IMG/VR virus record: IMGVR_UViG_3300030329_004888
Span: 5,508 to 69,507 of that record
Origin: a virus
DNA: 64,000 nt
Direction: 5' to 3' (one strand)
Numbering within the stretch: the first letter of the stretch is position 1; every line of letters begins with the position of its first letter. The notes beneath the pieces are model-generated. The model saw nothing but the letters and a program-made list of their open reading frames with translations, had not been told where the DNA came from and searched no databases. Both the position numbers and the translations under genes were made by a program. Shown here in pieces: positions 27,067 through 37,170 of this stretch.

Positions 27067-27499
27067 CGTAGTTCCAGCTTATCACACATTCGGCCGGATC
27101 ATCTCCCAGCACCTCTTGCATCTGCGACAGTGCGTCGCGGGATTTCCATACCGCGCACGAGGTCTCTGGCTCGTAATAATCCGCCTTGCTACAACCGGGA
27201 GACAGGCACCCCTGGAGCTGGCGGGTGTAGTTTGCGGGATGGATCAAACACGCGAACCGGTCCGCCCTGCCTTCAGAGATTGCTACGTCCCCGCCTACAA
27301 ATATACGACACGTCCCGTAGCGCGGCGACTCCCATGGCAATACTACATACGTCCCGGTCGGGATACAACTCTCATACGGGAGGTTGTCTAACCATGGTCT
27401 CTCGAGCCCGTGCCACGATTGATCGCTGCCCACAACGGAGATCACACTCTGTGTCCCGTTGCGGGTAGAGCTGTAGCGATCAATTGTTATAGTCTTCAC
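27056..27499 (-). CDS. DUF5675-like putative endolysin
   Basis: LERPWLDN, SCIPTGTY, LIHPANY..QLQGCL.PG, SRDA; next to the holin. Confidence 0.75.
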   Translation of the reverse strand: MKTITIDRYSSTRNGTQSVISVVGSDQSWHGLERPWLDNLPYESCIPTGTYVVLPWESPRYGTCRIFVGGDVAISEGRADRFACLIHPANYTRQLQGCLSPGCSKADYYEPETSCAVWKSRDALSQMQEVLGDDPAECVISWNYDAL

Positions 27500-27687
27500 G
27501 CGCTCGCGGCAAATTTAGCGTCGGCATAACCCTTAACCGCGTCCACTAATCCCTGGATGACCAAATACACTATGGTCGGCACACCCTGCATGTCTGGAGC
27601 AGTTCCGGCAATTGCTGTCTCACCGATAACTGCGGCTCCTATCTTTTTCGAGATTAATCCCTTTGCTCTTTCGAGTAAGAATTCCAC
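27496..27687 (-). CDS. Putative holin
   Basis: aaggag plus GTG start; SKK...YLVIQGLVD; homolog at 62846-63010. Confidence 0.6.
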   Translation of the reverse strand: MEFLLERAKGLISKKIGAAVIGETAIAGTAPDMQGVPTIVYLVIQGLVDAVKGYADAKFAASA

Positions 27688-27796
27688 GATAGTTTTCTCC
27701 TTTTGTTTTTTCCATTCTTTTATCAATCATTTTTTGGCGAAGAGTTTTTTTCTTAAACCTCCGCCACAGCCTAAAAACCGTTAGTGCCCGCCTTCG

Positions 27797-28222
27797 TTAA
27801 CTTGTGGCATAGTAAATTTTTTGCAACCAGCTAACACTATTTGCAAGTGCCCACATTATCGCCGCAGTGACCAAGGCGTCATTGAAATAAGGCTCCCATT
27901 CGGGACCACCTGGATACCCAGTCGTTTGCCACCAGTAAAAAAGACTGGTATAGCAAAATGCTGCAACACTTGAACTGACGGCAGATTGCCTTTGGATACT
28001 TGCGGCCTGCTCCGATTTGGTGATCAAAAAATCTACATTACGCTGCTTCTCTTTTACCTCAGCCCGTGTGCCGGTTAGCTCCTTGCGGTCGTCTTTGCTT
28101 GTGGCAAACGCTAACTGCCTCTCACGTTTGCATCGTTCAAGCTCAGATAACGCTCGCTTGTATTCGTCTCTGATTTCGCCGAATGAGCTGAACTGGTTAG
28201 GGTCTTTGAATTTACGCGCCAT
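27797..28222 (-). CDS. Coiled-coil plus two-TM membrane protein
   Basis: MARKFKDP..SSFGE; homolog at 63473-63901. Confidence 0.7.
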   Translation of the reverse strand: MARKFKDPNQFSSFGEIRDEYKRALSELERCKRERQLAFATSKDDRKELTGTRAEVKEKQRNVDFLITKSEQAASIQRQSAVSSSVAAFCYTSLFYWWQTTGYPGGPEWEPYFNDALVTAAIMWALANSVSWLQKIYYATS

Positions 28223-28223
28223 C

Positions 28224-28310
28224 TCACATTGAGATCAGGAGTTGCCATACCGTCGCTACGCCAATTATGGCTATCACGCCTCCTGAGATTAGTAGTACCT
28301 TTTTAATCAT
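28224..28310 (-). CDS. 28-aa hydrophobic peptide
   Basis: MIKKVLLISGGVIAIIGVATVWQLLISM; ATGA-coupled to the upstream gene. Confidence 0.55.
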   Translation of the reverse strand: MIKKVLLISGGVIAIIGVATVWQLLISM

Positions 28311-28321
28311 CTACCTAATGC
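28224..28321. repeat. Exact direct repeat, copy 1 (at least 98 bp)
   Basis: Identical to 63903-64000; offset 35679 bp. Confidence 0.97.
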
Positions 28322-28552
28322 CGCATCCTCTTCAGCCTGTCGCACGGCTCTATTTTTATAATTTCCTGCTGCCAACTTTCGATCATATTCTGGACCCCAC
28401 TTCGCAACTTTGCTGGCCAGTGCCTTCTCGCTATCAATAGCGCGACCTCCGTCATCCCCATTGCGAGAACAGACGTGATTCCACCAGTCGTCGGGACTGA
28501 TGACTACATGCGCTAACACGACGCTCTCTCTACTTGTTAATGCTCGTGGCAT
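28307..28552 (-). CDS. Small tail-fibre-associated protein
   Basis: aagga RBS; directly after the fibre gene. Confidence 0.65.
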   Translation of the reverse strand: MPRALTSRESVVLAHVVISPDDWWNHVCSRNGDDGGRAIDSEKALASKVAKWGPEYDRKLAAGNYKNRAVRQAEEDAALGR

Positions 28553-28570
28553 AAGAGTTCCTTTTTAGAA

Positions 28571-31500
28571 TTAAGTTCCTGTACTGGCGGTCAATAGATG
28601 CCCCTCAAATCGTGAATGTGCCATCACTCGCACAAGAGCAGAACCCTGTCCCCGAAACTCAACTGTAACATGGGCAGTATCCCCTCTCTCCATATCGGCT
28701 ACGCAGGAGCCGTTAAATGTCTGGCCACCGAACGGCCAAGTGTTGTTGCTTATCTCGCCGCTGTGCCAAATTATGTAGCTGAAATTACTGGTGACTATGT
28801 ACGACATAGCCTCATTGGTGTCGGTTGTGATACCGTCAACCATTATGGAGGCCATGAAAAAATACCGACCATCAACCGGAGCGGTAAATACTCCATTGAC
28901 TTGATCGGCCCCCACATCCCACCGCTCTTGGTTGAATACGGCTGTATAATTAGTGGCATTTCCGGTGACACCGGCTAAGTGGCCATCGTTATATGCCATA
29001 AATGACGGATGCTGAGGAGTGTCTATTACCACAAGGCCGTCTTCATCAGCTGATCCAGCCACCGTTAATCCAGTAGTAACAGTCCCGTCGTTTTCGGCAA
29101 CGGAGAAAGTCATTCTACCAGCTTCGGTGCCACTTCCTGTCTCAGCTGCATCTACTAAAATTCTGGCATAATGTTGTGAAGCTGGAGTCCCATCATCTAT
29201 GCCTTTAAAATCAATCTTGCCAACATGATCTGCATCTACTCCGTCTACGCCAGTACCTCTGGTTTTCTTGAATGTAAGAACTCCAGAAGAAGCACTATTG
29301 TGTTCGTTGTAAATCAGCAACTCTGGAAGATCACCACTGCCAGTGTTGAAAAGCTGAAGCTTGGCATTACTGTCCTCGTCCCAAGTTAATCCTGACGATA
29401 CGTTAAGAACGGTAGCAGCACTACTGTTATAAGCAAGTAACCCCGTATTAGTAGAGCCAGTGGTACTAACGCCACCTGCAGCCGAAGTCCAGTCCAGATT
29501 ACCAGATCCATCCGTCTTCAAATATTGATCTGCACTGCCATCAGCCGTCGGGAACTCCCATGCTACACCGGCTGAACTGAGCTTTAAAGCTGTGCCTGAT
29601 GCTGTCCCAAGTCCCTTGGCATCGGTGACACGCACAACTTCCGTGCCATCATACTGCTGAAAAACGATGTCCTTGGCATCCTGCAAAGGCTTAATTATTA
29701 CATTGTTGCTTGAATTGGAAATTCTCAGAAGATCAGTGCCCCCATCTGCATACTTGATACCCTCTGTAGCTGTATCAGAATCAAGGGTAATCGAATCCAC
29801 GGTATCTAAGGTTATAGCCCCTGAATCGCTACTGTCATCCGTAGTAGTAATGGAGTATACACCGGCTGAACTGACTGCATGAGTTACATATTCCTGTGCG
29901 TCGTATTTGAGGATTAATGGGGCAGTGGTGTCCGTGGCCGTAATTGCAGCTGACGTGATTGTACTGCCCACTGTCATGGCCCCATCGGCTTGAATTACGC
30001 CCGCCCCAGAGATCGTCGCTCCAGTGTCGCCATATCCTCCACCAAATGTGGCACCCGCCGTGCACACCAATGAGGCCAGAGTAGCAGCCCCCGTAGTAGC
30101 CAGAGTGCCCGAAGTAGTGACGCCACCACCATCCGCTATCGTAATCGCGTTATCACCATCAGTATAGCCGATACTTGCCGTTTGTACTTCGCCGCCAACT
30201 TTTAGGTCGCCAGATACATCGACTCGCGTAGAAGCATTAAGATCAATAATCGCCTCACCGTCTATACGCAGTGTGCCATCTGCTGACTGTTGAATGAAGC
30301 TCGCCGCATCACCGAAAGTGAGTTTGTTGGTAGAGTTAAGCGTTAGGCCTGTGCCATCTGTATGCGTAAGCGAGGTGTCCAGGTCAGCGCCAAACTCAAG
30401 CACCGCAGAGTCAGATTTAAGTTGAACATCATTTACAAATATTGCATTGCCCTCGTCACTGCCGTCGAATGTCACTGCTGTGACTGCTGACCCACCGTCG
30501 TCAACTTTAATAATTACATCAGCATCGTTGGCCTGGGCATCTATCGTAATATTGCCGCTGGTTGTAACCAAGCTAACTGCGGCATCGCCAGTGGCTATAT
30601 CATCTGCCGCAGTTGCCGATGTCAGCGCCCCTATGTCACTGGCCACCTCGGTGCCAGTGCGGTAATCAACGTTGCCGCTGCCATCGAGGACCAGGAACTT
30701 ATCAACATCACTCCCTGCCGCTGCCACCGAGCCTATCGTCAACGTGCTGGCCGTAGTAACGCCGCCGCCGTCTGCTATCGTAATGGCATCGTCGCCATCG
30801 GTGTAGGCGATTTTAGTTGTCTGCACCTCTCCAGGTACGTTTATGCCAGCGGCTGCATCCAGAACCTTCAGATTGGTTGCATCGCCATTGTCTGTAAAAA
30901 CCAGATCCTTGCCATTGGTTGCCAGCTTGATGGTAACGTCCCCGCTGTTGCCTTCCGTGAACCGCAAGACCTCGGTGCCAGCGTCTTTGAATATATGGAT
31001 CCCGGTATGAGCATCGAGCGTCAGATTACCGCCTGAGTCCACTGTAATGGGCGTGGCCGCTATTGTTACCCCGGTGGTTCCGTCGTGAGTCAAGGTGACA
31101 TCGTTGCCAGCGCCCATCGACAGGACAGCACTGTCAGAACCAAGGGTCACATCGTCTCCTACGGACAGATCGCCCACAACCTCAACTAATCCAGCCTGCG
31201 ATATACGCAGTCGCTCTGTAGTGGAATTGTCTGTATCGGCAGTAGTCGAGAACACAAGCTCAGTAGGCAAGTCATTCGCGCCCGGAGAGCCGTTTACTCG
31301 AGCAAGCATCGATGCCCCCGGTGTGGCAAAGTCTCCACTGCTGCCAGTTACGTCACAACCATAAAAATAAATGCCGCCCAAAACATCATTGTCTACTACG
31401 GCTCCCTTGCCCCCAATTGTCCCGTCGCGTGACTTTGCAAAATTAATCTGACCCCCGGAGGCATCAGCGGAAAACCGTCCCACCAACAGTGAAGAGTCCG

Positions 31501-31753
31501 CATCTGCCGTACCCAGTACCTGCAATTGATTGGCAGCGTTGGTTGTCAGTGCCGCGGTATGCCCAAGAACCGTGTTGGCGTTGTTGAATGTGTGCAACCC
31601 CGTCCACGCATACGCATCCGATAGCGTGAGATTATCGGCGTCGAGGGCATTGTCATTGATGCCCGTTAAAATCCCATTAAACTCTGCGTTGAGATCGGAC
31701 GCTGTCAGCGTTTCGTTGCTGGCCCATGTTTTTGTGCGTGATATATTTGGCAT
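28571..31753 (-). CDS. Tail fibre with C-terminal C1q-like domain
   Basis: LTASDLNAEFN N-terminus; Gly/Thr/Asp-rich repeats; PSFMAY...GVFTAPVDGRYFF...FEGHLL. Confidence 0.85.
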   Translation of the reverse strand: MPNISRTKTWASNETLTASDLNAEFNGILTGINDNALDADNLTLSDAYAWTGLHTFNNANTVLGHTAALTTNAANQLQVLGTADADSSLLVGRFSADASGGQINFAKSRDGTIGGKGAVVDNDVLGGIYFYGCDVTGSSGDFATPGASMLARVNGSPGANDLPTELVFSTTADTDNSTTERLRISQAGLVEVVGDLSVGDDVTLGSDSAVLSMGAGNDVTLTHDGTTGVTIAATPITVDSGGNLTLDAHTGIHIFKDAGTEVLRFTEGNSGDVTIKLATNGKDLVFTDNGDATNLKVLDAAAGINVPGEVQTTKIAYTDGDDAITIADGGGVTTASTLTIGSVAAAGSDVDKFLVLDGSGNVDYRTGTEVASDIGALTSATAADDIATGDAAVSLVTTSGNITIDAQANDADVIIKVDDGGSAVTAVTFDGSDEGNAIFVNDVQLKSDSAVLEFGADLDTSLTHTDGTGLTLNSTNKLTFGDAASFIQQSADGTLRIDGEAIIDLNASTRVDVSGDLKVGGEVQTASIGYTDGDNAITIADGGGVTTSGTLATTGAATLASLVCTAGATFGGGYGDTGATISGAGVIQADGAMTVGSTITSAAITATDTTAPLILKYDAQEYVTHAVSSAGVYSITTTDDSSDSGAITLDTVDSITLDSDTATEGIKYADGGTDLLRISNSSNNVIIKPLQDAKDIVFQQYDGTEVVRVTDAKGLGTASGTALKLSSAGVAWEFPTADGSADQYLKTDGSGNLDWTSAAGGVSTTGSTNTGLLAYNSSAATVLNVSSGLTWDEDSNAKLQLFNTGSGDLPELLIYNEHNSASSGVLTFKKTRGTGVDGVDADHVGKIDFKGIDDGTPASQHYARILVDAAETGSGTEAGRMTFSVAENDGTVTTGLTVAGSADEDGLVVIDTPQHPSFMAYNDGHLAGVTGNATNYTAVFNQERWDVGADQVNGVFTAPVDGRYFFMASIMVDGITTDTNEAMSYIVTSNFSYIIWHSGEISNNTWPFGGQTFNGSCVADMERGDTAHVTVEFRGQGSALVRVMAHSRFEGHLLTASTGT

Positions 31754-31754
31754 T

Positions 31755-34325
31755 TTATTCTTCCGGAACGAAAATGGTGCCTCTTTGTTGTGATGTGGCG
31801 CTGGGGTACTGCAATTTGGCTCTATCCCAATCTTCTTTTAAGCCAGAATCAATTGTATCAATCTGTTCTCCGCGGATTATTTCGTCTGATTCCCAATCTC
31901 CCGCATTAGCCAGCCTTACGGCCACCTGCCCAATCGTTGCTCCCTGCGCGATCCATTGTGATGGCCTTCCTTTAAGCGCCCCTGTGGCCGCAGTTCTTGC
32001 GTAAGCCTTCATGCCTTCTCTTACATTGTCAAACATAATCTTGACGTTCTGTCGCTGTACTGGATCTGATATTTCCAAAAGCATTTTACTCATATACCGA
32101 GGCGAAAACACAAGTGTAGCAGGGATTAATGAAAGCAAAGCTGTAGCCGCACCAGCTACAGCTGGCATCACCGGGGCCACCTGTACTCCAACATAGGCAG
32201 CCGTAGCTGGCAGCATTCCGAAGCCAATCGCATTACGACTCACTTTCGCAACTGAGTTTACTAAGTTATTCCCATGTTGTATAACATGGGATTTACCGGT
32301 AAGGCCACCGCCTGTAACATCCATCGTAGCAATCGCAGCACCGCGAACCGCAAAATCCTGCCCAGCCTCCTGCTCCAGTCTTTTAAGCATGGCCCAGGCT
32401 TGGTCCTCTCCTTCGTCCAAATATCTAAATATATTATTATCTACTCGGGTACGCAGAGCACTCCTGAATTCGCCAGGAGTATTCAACATTTTAGGCTCAA
32501 GGCCCAAGTTGGCCTTCATATCAGCAAGCAGTGCCTTATCTGATTCATACTGACGTGTAACGTCGCGGTATTTCCACATTTCTCCTGTTTCCGGGTGCGG
32601 ATATTCCGCGTCCAGCAATGTGTATTGTTTTTCTATAAACTCTCGCAACTCAAAACGCAATTTCGACAAGGCCCGCCTTGGTTGACTAATTTCTTTAGTA
32701 TCGGTGGTTAATTTATCTATAGCCCCCTGTATCTGATCTAAAAAGTCCTTCAGTCCATCAATATTAGTGGGAGGGGTATCTAATATTTTTTTGTGGAAAC
32801 GGGCTACCGCTTTTCTTCCCTTGCCTGGCAGTATAGGAGTGGTCTTGCCCTTGCCAAGATCTTTGGGCCAGATAATCTGGACGTCTCCAGAGCGCGTCTG
32901 GTAGGTTACGCCACGCTCGCCCGGAGGCCTTTTAAGGGTCTGCCTCCCTTCCGTTGGCGTCTGAATTGTTACCTCCTTTGGATATACTGCCAAAGGAGCC
33001 CTTCTTCCTTTCCAGCCCGGTAGCGTAGCTTCTTTAGAGATAACTACAAATTCATCCCCTACATCAAGATTAAAATCCTCAAGATTTTTAACAACCAAAT
33101 CCTTAAGATCAGACATTTCTTCATTGGTAATTATTTTTTTTCTCCAGGGAGCAAGCCCCCTATCAAAATGACCCTGAAATGCTTTAATTCGGTCTTGTAT
33201 GGCATCGATTGTATTGGCTGCGTCAATATAAAAACTATCCTTTATTTTTTTCCTGGCCTCATGGTAGCCCGCCTCCCACGGCTGGGGGAAGCCCTCCGGA
33301 AAATCCTTGTCAAAGTCAGCATACCCATAGGTTTGCGCCCACCGCTTTTTCCCTTGTCCGGGGGCTCGTTTTAAAAGATCTATAGTTTCTTTCGTTGCTG
33401 CACTGGTAGATGTTAAGAAGTATGACGAGGCCTCAGACAGGAACCTTTTCCCAACTCCCTTTAGCTCCACCATAGCATCTTTAACTCTAAGATCAGGATT
33501 TGTTATGATTCTTGTAAACCCATATTTAGGCGCACCATCAGTGTTAATGCCCTCATAGAGCCTATTGAAGTATTTTCCAAGATTAACATCTTTTAGATAA
33601 TTCCAGCCCCTTTTTGCCTGAAATGTTGGTTTTATAAAATCAGGACGTTCCCCATAGAGTTCCTTGAAGCGCGGGAACCCAGCACCAACTGATGCGGTTG
33701 CCGGGTCTTCCATATATCTGACCAGTTTCATCAATTCAGGAGACTCCCTGATCATCGGCAGGCGTCGGAGGCCCGGACCGAGAAGCCCGGACAGAAGCAG
33801 AGGCGCATCAAGGGGCCGCTCAAGCATCCTTTCTAAGGCAAAGGTGTTTTTTGCCCCCTCTTTCATCTGCTCATACTTCTCAACATCTCTGTTTTGTTCA
33901 GCCTCCGACGCTATCCGCTTATAATCAGCCAATCCAGGAACCCTTGACTCATAATCCTCTCCCCCCAGCCCCGTTATAAGATTTCCAGGGTCAGATGGGG
34001 AAATTCCCGTGGCTCCTGAAAGAGCCCCTGAAATCATTCCTGCTGTGTCGTAAGGATTCCACGCTGCGGACCCAAGTTCCGGAAACAGCGAAAGAAAGTT
34101 TAAAAAAGTTCTTCTTGGTAGTTTGTCTCGCTCGCTTTCCAGCGGGTGTGAGATGGCCCTATCTATTGCTCCATCTGGCGATAGGACATTTGTCGCATCT
34201 TGCAACAACTCACTCACAAAACGACCGGGGCGCGTTCGATCACGACCCTCTTCACCAAAAGGGCCAGGCGTAATTTCCTCTTCTACTTCTGGGTCCATAT
34301 CTACAACAAATTCAATTTTTGCCAT
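31755..34325 (-). CDS. Internal virion/ejection protein (856 aa)
   Basis: Large helical protein between nozzle and fibre genes. Confidence 0.6.
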   Translation of the reverse strand: MAKIEFVVDMDPEVEEEITPGPFGEEGRDRTRPGRFVSELLQDATNVLSPDGAIDRAISHPLESERDKLPRRTFLNFLSLFPELGSAAWNPYDTAGMISGALSGATGISPSDPGNLITGLGGEDYESRVPGLADYKRIASEAEQNRDVEKYEQMKEGAKNTFALERMLERPLDAPLLLSGLLGPGLRRLPMIRESPELMKLVRYMEDPATASVGAGFPRFKELYGERPDFIKPTFQAKRGWNYLKDVNLGKYFNRLYEGINTDGAPKYGFTRIITNPDLRVKDAMVELKGVGKRFLSEASSYFLTSTSAATKETIDLLKRAPGQGKKRWAQTYGYADFDKDFPEGFPQPWEAGYHEARKKIKDSFYIDAANTIDAIQDRIKAFQGHFDRGLAPWRKKIITNEEMSDLKDLVVKNLEDFNLDVGDEFVVISKEATLPGWKGRRAPLAVYPKEVTIQTPTEGRQTLKRPPGERGVTYQTRSGDVQIIWPKDLGKGKTTPILPGKGRKAVARFHKKILDTPPTNIDGLKDFLDQIQGAIDKLTTDTKEISQPRRALSKLRFELREFIEKQYTLLDAEYPHPETGEMWKYRDVTRQYESDKALLADMKANLGLEPKMLNTPGEFRSALRTRVDNNIFRYLDEGEDQAWAMLKRLEQEAGQDFAVRGAAIATMDVTGGGLTGKSHVIQHGNNLVNSVAKVSRNAIGFGMLPATAAYVGVQVAPVMPAVAGAATALLSLIPATLVFSPRYMSKMLLEISDPVQRQNVKIMFDNVREGMKAYARTAATGALKGRPSQWIAQGATIGQVAVRLANAGDWESDEIIRGEQIDTIDSGLKEDWDRAKLQYPSATSQQRGTIFVPEE

Positions 34326-34437
34326 TGCATAATTTCCCTATTACTGAGCAACAGTTAAGCCGGCTTCCTCCACGGTTGCATACGGCAAAATATCCACCTT
34401 GGAGCCTATGTCTAAATATTTAGACACTGTGTTCATA

Positions 34438-36657
34438 TCATCTAGAATCCTGTGCCCAATCGGGCTTAATCGGCTCTCCTCCAGCTTGTAGCATTGGAAG
34501 GTCTTCCCCCGCAATGTCTCTTTTATACTTCTCCCAATTATTCATAATTTGTTCCATAGTCATTTCAGGAAACCGTCTTGCAAAATCTATTACAAACTCA
34601 TTGAGGCTCAGATTGTCCTCCAAGGTGATCTTTTTTTCTTCTGACTCAAATGTATAAAATGCCGCATTGGAAAATTTCTTTGCTTCTTCCAGTACCTGAT
34701 CTTTTGTCTGATGAAGTCGCTTGTCCTTCATCGCCCCATTCCACCCCTCTACATATCTGTCCACTTCTACCAGAAAGGCATTTCGCTGGGCTTCATGTAT
34801 GGCTTTAGCAACGTTATACATATTTTCCACATAGCCCACGTCCAACAGACCGCCTTCGGCCTTTGTCATAATGTCTGCCGTAATCTGGTCCTTCCAAGAG
34901 GCAGCACTTCTCGCTAACGCAACGTCGCCCTCTCGCACCGTCGCAGGGTCAATGCCTCGCTGGAAAAAGTTCATAACTGCAACCTGGTAGGCATCTTTCC
35001 CCAATTTATCCGTGTGCCATGCTTTATGGAGAGCATTCAAGGACGAGAAAACATTTAAACTGCCCTGTGGCCCAACAAAAGACCGGTATGTTTCTATGTC
35101 TCTCAAACCCGTGCTGAAGGCCAGATTATACTTACTCACGTAGGCCGCTTCCGCAAGGTTTTCTTTATCTACTTTTCTTTGTTCTTCAGCTTCCTTCCAA
35201 CGAAGCTCTCTGTTCTCCCTGACGCGCTCTCTTACGGCTTTGGCAGAGCTTATACGAGACTCAATGAGCTTGTTTTGTCCCGCTGCCCGTAAAGTTTTAA
35301 GGCGACCCAATAATCTTGCATCTATAACAGGCAAACGGGTTGTCCGCTCCGTAAAGATATCTCTGTATTCCCAACTCGTACTCACTGATTTGCCATTTTC
35401 TTTTGTCATCCAGCCATTTTCTAAAAGCCACTCCTCCGCGCTTTTCAGAGAAGGGTATCCGGATGGCGTAAATTCTTCCCCTTCCACTTCAGCCCTAAGT
35501 CCCTCGCCCGCTGCAAACCTACCAACCTCTGCCGCTATCGCTGCCTCGTATCCTTCAAGGGCAATTGCTTGGTCATTTAAATAATTCTTACGATTTTCTT
35601 TACTCATATTACTTATAGTTTGTTGCCAAAGGCGACGGTCATTCGCTTCCAAGCGATCTGCCGCTTCAGTCTTATTTTTCTTAGCCTCCCAGCCGCCACG
35701 GAAATGAGACTCAAAATACGCGGCTTCCTCTGGATGCTCTTTTATAAAATTGATCCATCGGTCATCTTGTCGGGCCTCTTCTAATGCCAGATCAAAACCG
35801 CCTTCAGTTTTGCCATGGCGCTCATAGCCCTCAAGGCCCAGTACTCCAATCTTGCTTTTGATCTCCGTGGAAGTCGGTTTCTTCGGTATTTTAGCTGCGG
35901 CCAAAAGCCTTTCCTCTGTGGTCTTTTTGAGGTCAAAATCTTCCAACCACCGACGATGTAGTTCCTTTTCTTTAGCACGGCCTATTTGACGGTTGTATTC
36001 TGCTGCTTCCCCTGCGTCCCCGGCCTCTCTTACTGAACGGATTGCCCCGGCACCTTTGCCCACGCCCTTTGCCAGAGTCTCAAGAAAGGTCTGCTCTGCG
36101 ACTGCTGGAGTACCTCTGGCTCCGGCTCCCGGACGCAGGGCGTTGATAAGATTTGCACTCGCCTGACTGGCAGCTGCTTCCTTAATAGCTTTGTTCTGGG
36201 ATCGTCCTGCAAGGAACTCTCCACCAATAGAGCCCAGCACTTCAAGCATTCTCAGTGGCGTATTGGCCCTTGGCTGTCCCGGCACAGGAATGGTAGCAAG
36301 ATCCTGCAAGTAAGTGCCCTGTGTTTCATTCGGAGCCCCGGCACCGTCAAGATCCTTGCCTTTTGTTCGTGGAAGGTCTCTTGGGGTAGTTTCTGGAGGC
36401 TCTTCTTCGTCTTCAATATGTCCAATTGGCTGAATAAGGTCTGGTCGATGGCCAGGGGGGGGATAGCGGTACAGGCCGTCAATTTCTGCCTCTGCCTCTG
36501 CTCGAGTAAGCCCTTGGCCCATTAAAATGCTTATGCGAAGCTCTCGCTCTTGCTCCTCTGTCATCGCAAACCCAGGGTCAAAGTCTGCTCCTCTTCGTGT
36601 AATCCAATTTAAATTCGCAGGAGCCCGAACATCCGTGCTTGGTTTATTGGTATACAT
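34438..36657 (-). CDS. Internal virion/ejection protein (739 aa)
   Basis: Position; DPATVREGD motif typical of such proteins. Confidence 0.65.
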   Translation of the reverse strand: MYTNKPSTDVRAPANLNWITRRGADFDPGFAMTEEQERELRISILMGQGLTRAEAEAEIDGLYRYPPPGHRPDLIQPIGHIEDEEEPPETTPRDLPRTKGKDLDGAGAPNETQGTYLQDLATIPVPGQPRANTPLRMLEVLGSIGGEFLAGRSQNKAIKEAAASQASANLINALRPGAGARGTPAVAEQTFLETLAKGVGKGAGAIRSVREAGDAGEAAEYNRQIGRAKEKELHRRWLEDFDLKKTTEERLLAAAKIPKKPTSTEIKSKIGVLGLEGYERHGKTEGGFDLALEEARQDDRWINFIKEHPEEAAYFESHFRGGWEAKKNKTEAADRLEANDRRLWQQTISNMSKENRKNYLNDQAIALEGYEAAIAAEVGRFAAGEGLRAEVEGEEFTPSGYPSLKSAEEWLLENGWMTKENGKSVSTSWEYRDIFTERTTRLPVIDARLLGRLKTLRAAGQNKLIESRISSAKAVRERVRENRELRWKEAEEQRKVDKENLAEAAYVSKYNLAFSTGLRDIETYRSFVGPQGSLNVFSSLNALHKAWHTDKLGKDAYQVAVMNFFQRGIDPATVREGDVALARSAASWKDQITADIMTKAEGGLLDVGYVENMYNVAKAIHEAQRNAFLVEVDRYVEGWNGAMKDKRLHQTKDQVLEEAKKFSNAAFYTFESEEKKITLEDNLSLNEFVIDFARRFPEMTMEQIMNNWEKYKRDIAGEDLPMLQAGGEPIKPDWAQDSR

Positions 36658-36695
36658 TATCTGCCGCCATCATATCCGTATCTCTGCCTGTTTGC

Positions 36696-37124
36696 TTACG
36701 TTAAAAGAGGAGCAGCCATCCCAGGCTTCAAGACGTCTTTTAGCCCCTGTCCGGGTGATAGATTGTAGCTGCCACCAGCCAGAATAGATTCCGCTAATGG
36801 ATCAAGAACCTGGGTTGTTCCAAATTTGCCCGCGCCGGGACGGTCTTCCAGTAAGTATTGATGCTCTGGACCGGGTTTATTAAATAAATCCCCTATTTGT
36901 TTTTGGAATTCCGGATTTCCCAGTAGGCCAGCCAGCCAGTGCGATCCCGATTCCTGTTGCCGTCGTGCTGGAGGCATGACCCCACCACTCATAGCAGCCA
37001 CCGCGGCATCCCGTGCGGCTCCGCTTGCTGCTCGTCTTTCTGCCGCCGACTGCTGCCTGTGGCCCATATACGACTGCCCAGCCGAAATAAGAGTGCCTAA
37101 TAATGGAATTACCCAAGGTGCCAT
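36696..37124 (-). CDS. Small ejection-type protein
   Basis: Hydrophobic/Gly-Ala N-terminus, aggag RBS. Confidence 0.55.
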   Translation of the reverse strand: MAPWVIPLLGTLISAGQSYMGHRQQSAAERRAASGAARDAAVAAMSGGVMPPARRQQESGSHWLAGLLGNPEFQKQIGDLFNKPGPEHQYLLEDRPGAGKFGTTQVLDPLAESILAGGSYNLSPGQGLKDVLKPGMAAPLLT

Positions 37125-37170
37125 ATCAATTCTCCTGTCTGATCTTCATTTCTTTTTTATAACTTTTGCT

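Larger units (their letters stand above)
1..28223. mobile_element. Phage unit A (podovirus-like), truncated at left window edge
   Basis: Packaging/head/neck operon on minus strand (1-16405), early/replication genes on plus strand (17805-26688), lysis-type genes 26695-28222. Confidence 0.9.

Noticed and set aside
28224-28321. attL/attR of an integrated prophage
   Set aside because: The repeat lies in late coding genes, has phage DNA on both sides and has no adjacent integrase or tRNA
28224-31753. Diversity-generating retroelement or shufflon at the fibre
   Set aside because: No reverse transcriptase or invertase, and the repeat is exact rather than adenine-variable
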